DNA from: Sedimentisphaerales bacterium
Lineage (GTDB): Bacteria; Planctomycetota; Phycisphaerae; Sedimentisphaerales; Anaerobacaceae
Direction of reading: 5' to 3'
DNA length: 64,000 nucleotides
NCBI GenBank assembly: GCA_016936075.1
Contig: JAFGPS010000086.1
Coordinates: 3,822-67,821 of the forward strand
The translations under genes were made by a program, and so were the position numbers. The notes under the pieces are model-generated. The model did not search any database, was not told the DNA's origin, and was given only the letters and a program-made list of their open reading frames with translations. Of the stretch, positions 56,687 to 64,000 are shown one piece after another (position 1 is the first letter of the stretch; the number at the start of each line of letters is the position of its first letter).

Positions 56687-56792
56687 TAAATTGAAATGGG
56701 CTTTATAAGGCTAAAATAGGGTATACAGCAAAGAAATTAAGCATTTCTTTACTATTGCTGTCGAATATTTTTACAACTGCAATTCCTGACTC

Positions 56793-57557
56793 TTACCTAA
56801 GAATAGCTATCATGATGTGTGAGTTTTTGTAAATCGGGCTTTCTTTTGTAACCCAATCTCCACCTTCACCTGCTCCCCATGAATAAACTGGCCATTTTGA
56901 CGGCGGCCCAAACACACTTGACTGGTTTTGTGTGTCGAACATCGAAGATATTAAAGCCCTAAGATATTTTGAGACGACTTCAGCACGCATCGCAGAAATT
57001 AACCATTTCATTCGTTGATTACTCTCTTCAGGGGCAAGACCAAGAACATAAAGCGTTATCTTCTCGCCCCTTGCGCTTTGCTGCAAATCATTACAGAATC
57101 CAGTTAAGAATTTCTTTGCCGAATCATCGAGATCCGCTTTGCCATCCTCAAAATGAACATTAGCAGGTTTAAAGTTCTTCGTCTTGGAAACAATTTCAGG
57201 GGGAACCGTTGCCGCAGTTTTTTTGACTCTTTCTAAAATCCTTCGTAGTTGCTCAGCTTTTGCATCTATTGTTCTTGCATCAGGCTCTTCGTCAGGAGCA
57301 TCGATATTATATTTCATCTTATCGCTACCAAGCTCTGGCGAACGTTGTCTTCCCATCAACATACCAAGCCCCATATTTCTTATTGATTGCAGGAAGGCAT
57401 CCCTGCCTTTATCATAAAATTCGGCATCCTGAGTCTCGGCAAGGGTTAAAAGCATAACAAAAAACGTAAGTAGAAGAGTAACCATATCGGAAAAAGTCAC
57501 GATATAGCCTGGTACTTTCGGGCCGTCATCTTCACTTGTTTGACGCAAACGCCTCAA
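56793..57557 (-). CDS. Second MotB-like stator subunit (MotB paralog)
   Basis: The channel TM helix carries the conserved Asp (YIVTFSDMVTLLLTFFVMLL). The C-terminus has an OmpA-like helix (SAMRAEVVSKYL). The TTG start overlaps the upstream stop as TTGA. Confidence 0.7.
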   Translation of the reverse strand: MRRLRQTSEDDGPKVPGYIVTFSDMVTLLLTFFVMLLTLAETQDAEFYDKGRDAFLQSIRNMGLGMLMGRQRSPELGSDKMKYNIDAPDEEPDARTIDAKAEQLRRILERVKKTAATVPPEIVSKTKNFKPANVHFEDGKADLDDSAKKFLTGFCNDLQQSARGEKITLYVLGLAPEESNQRMKWLISAMRAEVVSKYLRALISSMFDTQNQSSVFGPPSKWPVYSWGAGEGGDWVTKESPIYKNSHIMIAILR

Positions 57558-58249
57558 TTATATATGCTCCTTTGCAATAATGAAATCTCTATATCCCTCT
57601 CAGAGTTTTTCTTTCCAGAATTGGAATCCTTAGAACCTTTATAAGATATTGTTCCGGAAATCGAAACACTTAAACGGTTTTTATCAATTTGCTTCTTCGA
57701 TACCAGATAATCCATAACTGCCCAGGCACGCTGTAGACGGATAGGCTCAGTGTCCTCATCATAGACAGGACTCCTTTCACTGATTACTATCCGATTCGGC
57801 ATTTCAGCAAGATACGAAGCTATATCGTTAAGTATATTGCGTCCTTTAGGGGAAAGCTTTATTCCATTTGCATAGAATATATCTTTAGAAGGCAAAAGTA
57901 AAACAATTCCATCATTCAAATCACTGGATAATTCTTCTTTGAGAAGACCTTCATCATTATTTTCGCTCTGTGTTGGTTTTTCGCTTCCGTCATCAACTTC
58001 ATTTACATATCTTATAGGTGCAAGATAATTAAGTGAATCTCTGCTATCATGAAGAAGTGGAGATATTGAATCAAGTGCAGTCGAGAAAATAACCTGTAAT
58101 TTACTAAATTCCTTATTGTCGAATGATGAGAAGCTAAGCAAAAGTACAAAAAAAGTCAACAAAAGTGTCATGCAATCGCTAAATGTCACCATCCAGTCAG
58201 GTGCACCCGGTTGCGCTTCTTCCTCTTGTTGTTTACCATTACGAGCCAT
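57554..58249 (-). CDS. motB: Flagellar stator subunit MotB
   Basis: PDWMVTFSDCMTLLLTFFVLLL and an OmpA-like C-terminus (RLQRAWAVMDYL). Its ATG overlaps the motA stop as TAATG. Confidence 0.8.
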   Translation of the reverse strand: MARNGKQQEEEAQPGAPDWMVTFSDCMTLLLTFFVLLLSFSSFDNKEFSKLQVIFSTALDSISPLLHDSRDSLNYLAPIRYVNEVDDGSEKPTQSENNDEGLLKEELSSDLNDGIVLLLPSKDIFYANGIKLSPKGRNILNDIASYLAEMPNRIVISERSPVYDEDTEPIRLQRAWAVMDYLVSKKQIDKNRLSVSISGTISYKGSKDSNSGKKNSERDIEISLLQRSIYN

Positions 58250-59019
58250 TATACCGTAGCCTTTACTTCCCGCCTTCTGCCCTGGGAGACAAATATCTGC
58301 ATTTTTTCCCGGATAACAGTAGGACTGTCACCCTCAGAAATCGCACAAACACCTTCTACAATCATTTCTTTGGCAGTAGCTTCGGCCTTGGAATAGATCC
58401 CGAGTTTACCCGCCAAAGGTATAAAAATCAAGTTTGCCGAAAATGCACCATAAAATGTAGTAAGCAAAGCAACTGCCATACCAGCACCAATTTGATCAGG
58501 TGAAGACATATTTTTAAGCATCTGTACCAAACCGATGAGCGTTCCAATCATACCGAATGCCGGAGCAGCAGCCCCCATAAACTCGAGAATTTTTTTGCCT
58601 GTGGCATGACGGTCACGGAGATAATCAATTTCAAGAGTGAGCAAATCCCTTATCGTCTCTGCATCCTGACCATCGACAAGCATCTGCATTCCTTTTACGA
58701 AAAACAAATCTTTTAATTTTGGAATCTCCTGCTCGAGAGCAAGAGCACCATCACGCCTGTTAATAGCCGCAAAGTTTACCATGTTCTGGATAATATCTGA
58801 AGCAGGTGGTATCTTTGTTAATATTGTTTTTTTGACAATCGAGAAAATACCAAGAAATTGAGGCAGGGAAAAATGTATCAATGTTGCACATAACATCCCG
58901 CCAATAGTTAAAGCCAGAGAAGGAATATGGATAAAGGCCTTGCCCATTCCGCCGGCTACACAAGAACCTACGACAACGAGAAAACCAACTACTACTCCTA
59001 TGATTGTTGCAATATCCAT
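58249..59019 (-). CDS. motA: Flagellar stator subunit MotA
   Basis: 256 aa, MotA/TolQ/ExbB-type with 4 TM helices. It contains AAAPAFGMIGTLIGLVQML. Confidence 0.85.
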   Translation of the reverse strand: MDIATIIGVVVGFLVVVGSCVAGGMGKAFIHIPSLALTIGGMLCATLIHFSLPQFLGIFSIVKKTILTKIPPASDIIQNMVNFAAINRRDGALALEQEIPKLKDLFFVKGMQMLVDGQDAETIRDLLTLEIDYLRDRHATGKKILEFMGAAAPAFGMIGTLIGLVQMLKNMSSPDQIGAGMAVALLTTFYGAFSANLIFIPLAGKLGIYSKAEATAKEMIVEGVCAISEGDSPTVIREKMQIFVSQGRRREVKATV

Positions 59020-59022
59020 AAA

Positions 59023-59730
59023 CTAATTTACCTCAGATATTTGTTTCAACCTTCTGCTAAGATCAGCAGCAAGATTAGGCTTCGATGACGCCAGGTCGGC
59101 CAAAAGCTTGGCTTTTGTTCTGTCACCCATAAAATAAAGAATTTTTACTGCATCATCAAAGCTGTTTATCCCTGTATTTTCTTTTCCTGACTCAGGTTCT
59201 GTACACATATTACTAATTATTAAACTTGCACTGCTCGAATCCATTTTGTCATAGGTAGCGGCAATAGAAGCAAGATTATTAGTCTCATTTTTCTCTATTT
59301 CCAATCGGCTTTTAACCAGTTTATCCTGCTCACTTTTGATATTTGCAGTAATGGAAGCAAGCTCTATCTGCAAATTATTCATTTTCTCGATATCCTGCTT
59401 CAAGATGTCCTGAGTCAATTGCAGCCTTTGTTCTCGCACTTTAAGATTTTCGAGTTTCTTGTCATAATCCTGCATTTTATTGCGAAGTTCATGGATAAGA
59501 TTGTTAAGCTGCTGTTCTGCCAGATACTTTGTTGACGGCTCATAGTTCAGAACCGGTTGCGAATCATTTTCCGCTACAACAGATTCCACTTCATCTGAAG
59601 TACCATGTTCAGCCTGTTGTTGTGCAATAGCTTTTTGTTTAGCCTTACCTGTAAACCACATAAAGGCAAAACTTCCGGAAAAACTAACTAATCCCAATGC
59701 TATTGTAAGTAATAAAAATTTCTTACTCAC
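59023..59730 (-). CDS. Flagellar-operon coiled-coil protein with MgtE_N-like C-terminal domain (YlxF/MotE-like)
   Basis: An N-terminal anchor is followed by a long coiled coil. The C-terminus is AATYDKMDSSSASLIISNM...ILYFMGDRTKAKLLADL. Its position after fliJ matches ylxF in other flagellar operons. Confidence 0.5.
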   Translation of the reverse strand: MSKKFLLLTIALGLVSFSGSFAFMWFTGKAKQKAIAQQQAEHGTSDEVESVVAENDSQPVLNYEPSTKYLAEQQLNNLIHELRNKMQDYDKKLENLKVREQRLQLTQDILKQDIEKMNNLQIELASITANIKSEQDKLVKSRLEIEKNETNNLASIAATYDKMDSSSASLIISNMCTEPESGKENTGINSFDDAVKILYFMGDRTKAKLLADLASSKPNLAADLSRRLKQISEVN

Positions 59731-59740
59731 ATCTATTCTC

Positions 59741-60184
59741 CTAATTATGATTTCTCACAAACAATATATTAGATTCTTCATCTATTTCTTTTTGCTCGAA
59801 TTTTTCCTGTTCTTTTATATATACTTCCTTTGCCTGAGCCTGCAATTTTTCCATACCTTCTTTTGCTTGTCTTAATTTTACTACTTCATCAAGTTTTTGT
59901 TTTTGCTGCAATTCAAGCTCTTTTATATTTTTGACAAGCTTTTTAATTCTTTCATTGCTTGACACTGAATTCTTAAGAAATAATTCCTGCTCAGCTAATC
60001 GTTCCCGAGCACTCTTACCAGCTATATTTTTAATTATATTTTCCAGAATTTTCTTTTGTATAAGTAATTCTCCACGTGTTGCGGCAAGTTTTTCGGTCAG
60101 AGCAAATAATTCTACTCTTGCTTTCTGCTCCTGCATTATTCTTATTTCGAGAACACGTTGTAATCTCCATTCAAACTTTTTCAT
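59741..60184 (-). CDS. fliJ: Flagellar export chaperone/stalk protein FliJ
   Basis: 147-aa all-coiled-coil protein starting MKKFEWRLQRVLEIR. It lies directly after fliI. Confidence 0.75.
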   Translation of the reverse strand: MKKFEWRLQRVLEIRIMQEQKARVELFALTEKLAATRGELLIQKKILENIIKNIAGKSARERLAEQELFLKNSVSSNERIKKLVKNIKELELQQKQKLDEVVKLRQAKEGMEKLQAQAKEVYIKEQEKFEQKEIDEESNILFVRNHN

Positions 60185-60201
60185 ATTTCATAATTTCTTA
60201 T

Positions 60202-61581
60202 TTAAGAGCCAAGTAACTGATCCCACGAATTAGTAATTGCATTTAGTCTTTGTATGGTTTCATCAAAATTGGTTTTTTCACGAATCGGTTGAATAAGAAA
60301 TTCACGAATTTTATCAATCAAAGCAATTGCGCCATCAATTCTTCTGTTACTTCCAGATGAAAAGGCACCGATATTAATCAAGTCCTCCGCATCCAGGTAA
60401 GTAGCGTAAATTTCCCGGAGTTTTTGTGCGGCAAACTTATGCTCTTTACTTGCAACAGCAGACATTAATCGGCTCACACTCTGTAAAATATCTATAGCCG
60501 GATAATGTGCTCTTTCGGCCAGTTTTCTTGATAGAACTATGTGGCCGTCAAGTAAGCTTCTTGCACTATCGGCTACGGGATCGGACAAATCATCATTTTC
60601 AACAAGTACAGTAAGAATTCCGGTAATACTTCCAATTTCAGCACATCCCAATCGCTCAATTAGCCTTGGCATAAGAGCGAAAACGCTCGGACAGTAACCT
60701 TTGGACGCAGGTGGTTCACCGGCAGCAAGTCCTATTTCTCTTTGAGCCTGAGCAAAACGCGTAAGGGAATCCATCATAAAAAGAACATTTTTACCGATAT
60801 CCCTGAAATACTCTGCTATCGTTACTGCTACAAACGCGGCTTTAACTCTCTGAATTGGAGGAGAATCCGATGCGGCTACTATAATAACACTTCGCTCTAA
60901 TCCTTTGGGACCAAGATCCGATTCAAGAAATTCTCTTACTTCTCGGCCTCGCTCACCTATCAATGCAACAACATTTACATCGGCTTCGCTCGAATTTGCA
61001 ATATCACCAAGCAGAACACTTTTTCCTACACCGCTTCCAGCAAAGATTCCTACCCTCTGTCCCCTGCCGCACGTTAATATTCCATCTATCGATCTTATTC
61101 CAAGAGCTAAGGGTTTTGTAATTTTTTCTCTGCTCAAAGCAGGCGGGCTGCTCGCATCCAACGCTTTCTTATCTGTTCCATCCAAGGGACCTTTATTATC
61201 AATCGGCTCACCGAGTCCGTTAAGTACTCTGCCAAGCACTTTTTCACTCAGCATAATATATCGCGGTGTCGTTAGTGCAGTAACCGTGTCACCCGGAGAG
61301 ATACCTGATATATGCTCTAACGGTAAAAGAATAAGATAATCGTGATGGAATCCTACAACTTCCGCCAACGCACGTTTTCCGTCACGAATATTTATACAGC
61401 AAAGCTCACCAAGTCCGACTGATGGGCCGCTCGATTCAACTGTAAGACCCGATACTCTTACAATCGAACCACAACATTTGAGAGTATTCGTGCTATTGAG
61501 AGCGCCATGAAATTTCGCAAAGTCAATTATTGTATCGCTTTCATATTGCGTCTCACAAATTGTATCAGGTGTATTTAACAT
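60202..61581 (-). CDS. fliI: Flagellum-specific ATPase FliI
   Basis: Walker A is GSGVGKSVLLG and Walker B is LFMMDSLTRFA. The F1/T3SS ATPase fold is evident throughout. Confidence 0.9.
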   Translation of the reverse strand: MLNTPDTICETQYESDTIIDFAKFHGALNSTNTLKCCGSIVRVSGLTVESSGPSVGLGELCCINIRDGKRALAEVVGFHHDYLILLPLEHISGISPGDTVTALTTPRYIMLSEKVLGRVLNGLGEPIDNKGPLDGTDKKALDASSPPALSREKITKPLALGIRSIDGILTCGRGQRVGIFAGSGVGKSVLLGDIANSSEADVNVVALIGERGREVREFLESDLGPKGLERSVIIVAASDSPPIQRVKAAFVAVTIAEYFRDIGKNVLFMMDSLTRFAQAQREIGLAAGEPPASKGYCPSVFALMPRLIERLGCAEIGSITGILTVLVENDDLSDPVADSARSLLDGHIVLSRKLAERAHYPAIDILQSVSRLMSAVASKEHKFAAQKLREIYATYLDAEDLINIGAFSSGSNRRIDGAIALIDKIREFLIQPIREKTNFDETIQRLNAITNSWDQLLGS

Positions 61582-61590
61582 ATTATAATT

Positions 61591-62148
61591 TTATTGTGTC
61601 TTTTTCAGAGCATTTTCTATTTGCTCAAGCTGATCGTTAATCAAAGAAATAATCGTTCCTTTGGTTGTTTTCAAAATACATTCGGCACATCCAACATTAG
61701 GATCAGCTATAAAAGTGACTCCCGGAGGTAGAACACTTGCATCTTTTTTCATAACATCCTGGAATTGTATATAATCTTCAGGATTCAAATGTACAACAAT
61801 ATCATGATTCGACGGAGAATTCTTAAGAGCTTCCTTTATTATGGATTCGATTTCATAATCTTTCGCTTCTATCTTTTGTGCTAATATTTTTCTCGCGATT
61901 TCTATCGAAAGTTTCGCAATTTCTTCCCCTCTCCGCGATACAATATTTCCATAGAATTTATTCACTTTCGCAATCGCCATCTTTAACGCATTGCATGCAG
62001 AGGAAAGCTCTTTTTCCTTCTCCTGTATAAATAAATTATTAACCTGTTCATCTTTTATAGTATCACTATTTACGGGCTCAATACTTTCATTTAAAATCGT
62101 TATCGATCCAATTGTATTATCAAGATTTATCGATATTTGGCCGGTCAT
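61591..62148 (-). CDS. fliH: Flagellar export protein FliH (short form)
   Basis: 185 aa, lying between fliG and fliI. It has a coiled N-half and a FliH/V-ATPase-E-like C-half (AKDYEIESIIKEALK...VHLNPEDY). Confidence 0.65.
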   Translation of the reverse strand: MTGQISINLDNTIGSITILNESIEPVNSDTIKDEQVNNLFIQEKEKELSSACNALKMAIAKVNKFYGNIVSRRGEEIAKLSIEIARKILAQKIEAKDYEIESIIKEALKNSPSNHDIVVHLNPEDYIQFQDVMKKDASVLPPGVTFIADPNVGCAECILKTTKGTIISLINDQLEQIENALKKTQ

Positions 62149-62151
62149 TTC

Positions 62152-63153
62152 TTATTCTTCTATAAAAGCAAGTTCTCCACTTTCATTTTTTTCACGCAGC
62201 ATATCAACTATCTCTTCCTTTGCGTTTGCTATATCTTCTTTCTTAATATTTGACATTAGAGAAGTCTCCTCTTCTAACGCTTCGTTTGCTCTTTCGGAAA
62301 TATTTGATTTAATTTTTTTAGCTATTTTTTCCTCTGCTTTATTTAACGCCAAAGCCAGCTTTCGTGAATCGATTCCTCGCAATATTTCCTGTAATGACCT
62401 GTCTGTTATTAATGGAATGTCTTCCCATAGAATCATTAACTTTAAAACGTTTTCACCTGCTTCGGAATCTTTTTCTTTTATTGAATTAACCAATCCGTCA
62501 CGAATATCTTTTCCGAGATTTCTTAAAATAACAGCAACTTTTCGTAACGGCTGCTCCGTTAGAACCTCCCCGGATACGCCTGCTTCGGCGGCCAAGGCCT
62601 CAAGTTTTTTACAAACCGATTCGGCTATTCTTACTCTTGCTTCCGGCGTAACCGATTCGCTTTTTGTCATCCTGCTTATTGCATTAAATCTTAGATTGTC
62701 TTCCAGCATACCAAGTACTTCCGAACTTTTTTTTGCAGGTAACACTGACAAAACAACAGCAACGGCTTGAGGATGTTCAGAATTCAGAACTGATGAAAGA
62801 ACCTGTGAATTCGCGGATCGAATAGGAATAAAAGGATCGCGCTTATGTAAGAGTGAATCTATTTGCGTTTGAATGCTTTGAGCCTTAACTTCTCCTATTG
62901 CAGATTTGAGAAGTTCACCCAGGAAAACGTCTATTTGAAATCCTTTCTCAGTTGATTCGAGAGAACTGCAAAATTGCTGTGCTATTTCAAAGCTTTCATT
63001 GTTATTTTTCAAACCTGAAGCGTTAAGGTATGCCATCTCAACGGCAAGTTCCTGCATTGCTTGTGCATCGAGACCTTTAACAAGCTCAGAAGCTGTTACC
63101 GGGTCAAGGCTTAATAATAACATAGCTGCTTTTTGTTTACCTGATAATGACAT
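62152..63153 (-). CDS. fliG: Flagellar rotor/switch protein FliG
   Basis: LSGKQKAAMLLLSLDPVTASELVKGLD at the N-terminus and an armadillo-like repeat layout. The C-terminal torque-helix region is LEEETSLMSNIKKEDIANAKEEIV. Confidence 0.85.
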   Translation of the reverse strand: MSLSGKQKAAMLLLSLDPVTASELVKGLDAQAMQELAVEMAYLNASGLKNNNESFEIAQQFCSSLESTEKGFQIDVFLGELLKSAIGEVKAQSIQTQIDSLLHKRDPFIPIRSANSQVLSSVLNSEHPQAVAVVLSVLPAKKSSEVLGMLEDNLRFNAISRMTKSESVTPEARVRIAESVCKKLEALAAEAGVSGEVLTEQPLRKVAVILRNLGKDIRDGLVNSIKEKDSEAGENVLKLMILWEDIPLITDRSLQEILRGIDSRKLALALNKAEEKIAKKIKSNISERANEALEEETSLMSNIKKEDIANAKEEIVDMLREKNESGELAFIEE

Positions 63154-63167
63154 TCACAAGTTCCTCT

Positions 63168-64000
63168 TTATGATTCCTGAATCCATTGATTAAATAACTG
63201 TCTGACTTTTTCCGGATTTCGTTCCAGTGCACTCGATATTTGCTGACGAATTATTACCGGAGAACTCTGTGTATTACTTGGAAGCAAACCTGCATTCGGT
63301 ACTCCTTGAGGCAAGGTCTGAATAGCTTCAGCTTGTGCTTTTTTCTTCGCTCCTTTGAACATCTTAAGAACAAGTAAAGCACATATAGCCATAATTCCAA
63401 GTGAAGCCTGACGTGCAATCGCAATAAAATCGAGCCCTGCTTTGACTTCCTCTTCCATTACAGGCATTTCCTGAGGATGGATTTTAACATCAACAACTTT
63501 AAGGGAGTCTCGTCCCGAAAGATTGAGACCGAGCGCGTTTTCAATTAGTGTCTCAACATCAGTCAACTCCATAATTTTGGCAACTGATGCACCTGTATCT
63601 GTTTCGTTTACATCACTTGGTGATAAATCCACAACAACCGCTACTGATAACGATTTTACTTTGCCAGGTAAAATAGCCTCCTGCGTAACGGTTTTACCAA
63701 CCTGGTACTGGGTTGTAATTTCTTCTGTTTTTGCAGGTGATGCAGGTTGACCATTAGCCGCAGAATTCGCGACAGGTTCGGATGTACTTTTAATTTCTTC
63801 CTTTGTTGCTACTCCCTTCGGCTCGTATATTTCAGTAACAGTAGTAATGCTGTTCGTATCAATTACTGCGTGAACTTTAACTTTCGCTCTTCCTGAACCA
63901 AGAACTGTAGTAAGAATTTCCTCGGCTTTGTCCTGAAGATTTTTCTCGACTCTTTCCTTGTAATCCTGAACAGTTCCGGAACCTGTAGCTATTGCATTAC
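63168..64000 (-). CDS. fliF: Flagellar MS-ring protein FliF, C-terminal ~277 codons (5' end lies beyond the right edge)
   Basis: Hand translation shows the frame stays open upstream of the track GTG start to position 64000 (...RAKVKVHAVIDTNSITTVTEIYEP...VKSLSVAVVVD...). The C-terminal TM helix and FliG-binding tail are present. Confidence 0.8.
   Translation of the reverse strand, partial: NAIATGSGTVQDYKERVEKNLQDKAEEILTTVLGSGRAKVKVHAVIDTNSITTVTEIYEPKGVATKEEIKSTSEPVANSAANGQPASPAKTEEITTQYQVGKTVTQEAILPGKVKSLSVAVVVDLSPSDVNETDTGASVAKIMELTDVETLIENALGLNLSGRDSLKVVDVKIHPQEMPVMEEEVKAGLDFIAIARQASLGIMAICALLVLKMFKGAKKKAQAEAIQTLPQGVPNAGLLPSNTQSSPVIIRQQISSALERNPEKVRQLFNQWIQES

Noticed and set aside
61991-62770. 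259-aa plus-strand ORF overlapping fliH/fliG. Similar long antisense ORFs occur at 5899-6429, 28780-29238, 30277-30768, 33278-33718, 43757-44332 and 55160-55642.
   Set aside because: All lie antisense to genes with strong family motifs. Their products are low-complexity Ser/Phe/Ile/Cys-rich strings with no SD or motif. This is the typical shadow of AT-rich, GAA/AAA-biased coding strands.
63168-63632. Track ORF suggesting a stand-alone 154-aa gene.
   Set aside because: The frame remains open upstream to the window edge and reads as the FliF periplasmic ring region. The GTG is an internal Val codon.
1-64000. Searched by eye for rRNA, tRNA, CRISPR arrays, integrase, transposase, phage structural genes, reverse transcriptase and Cas-like genes.
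   Set aside because: None was recognised. The intergenic regions are AT-rich with no cloverleaf-like GC-rich segments. A proper tRNAscan, Infernal and HMM scan is still required to exclude small RNAs.

Overview
This is a 64-kb AT-rich chromosomal segment (G+C judged by eye only, not computed). It comes from a Gram-negative (LptB, HldD, YidC, TatAC), flagellated, glycan-degrading bacterium. The gene content fits a PVC-group or Phycisphaerae-like organism: fused membrane/spermidine-synthase paralogs, lipoprotein-type GH9/GH97/GH2/SGNH/esterase enzymes and an IVS-type four-helix-bundle gene. That placement is inference only.

I can support about 65 protein genes. I saw no rRNA, tRNA, CRISPR array, transposase or integrase.

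Layout:
- 0.2-5.2 kb: two tandem fused membrane/aminopropyltransferase-like genes.
- 5.6-7.4 kb: GH9.
- 7.4-11.9 kb: single-chain type IIG/IIL restriction-modification enzyme preceded by an atypical RNase HII-like gene.
- 12-16.4 kb: beta-CASP RNase, tatC/tatA, hldD.
- 16.4-19.2 kb: AT-rich insert with duplicated lipoprotein/LRR genes, an orphan copy of the hldD 3' end and an orphan gene.
- 19-28 kb: housekeeping genes (esterase, fmt, def, lptB, yidC, mnmE), with a four-helix-bundle gene flanked by 30-bp inverted repeats wedged between def and fmt.
- 29.6-35 kb: nucleotide-sugar/glycan locus with an internal NusG paralog.
- 35-44.4 kb: GH97, a manA + GT-C (DUF2723-like) + TPR module, GH2, SGNH.
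- 44.6-46 kb: nth and LOG.
- 46-52.3 kb: ten co-directional genes, mostly for uncharacterised small membrane proteins, plus CPBP-TPR, YpeA-like GNAT and AKR.
- 52.5-52.9 kb: hicBA.
- 53-64 kb: flagellar cluster fliF-G-H-I-J-ylxF-motA-motB-motB' then fliO-P-Q-R-flhB.

The candidates most worth follow-up are listed below. None can be proven novel from sequence alone.
- The IVS-like palindrome-flanked gene in the def-fmt spacer.
- The hldD 3'-end replacement insert.
- The RNase HII-like + type IIL pair.
- The split TMTC-like mannosylation module.
- The one-MotA/two-MotB stator with a sigma54 site inside the flagellar cluster.
- The RGG/FGG-type inserts shared by two unrelated secreted glycosidases.
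- The 46-52 kb array of unknown membrane proteins.
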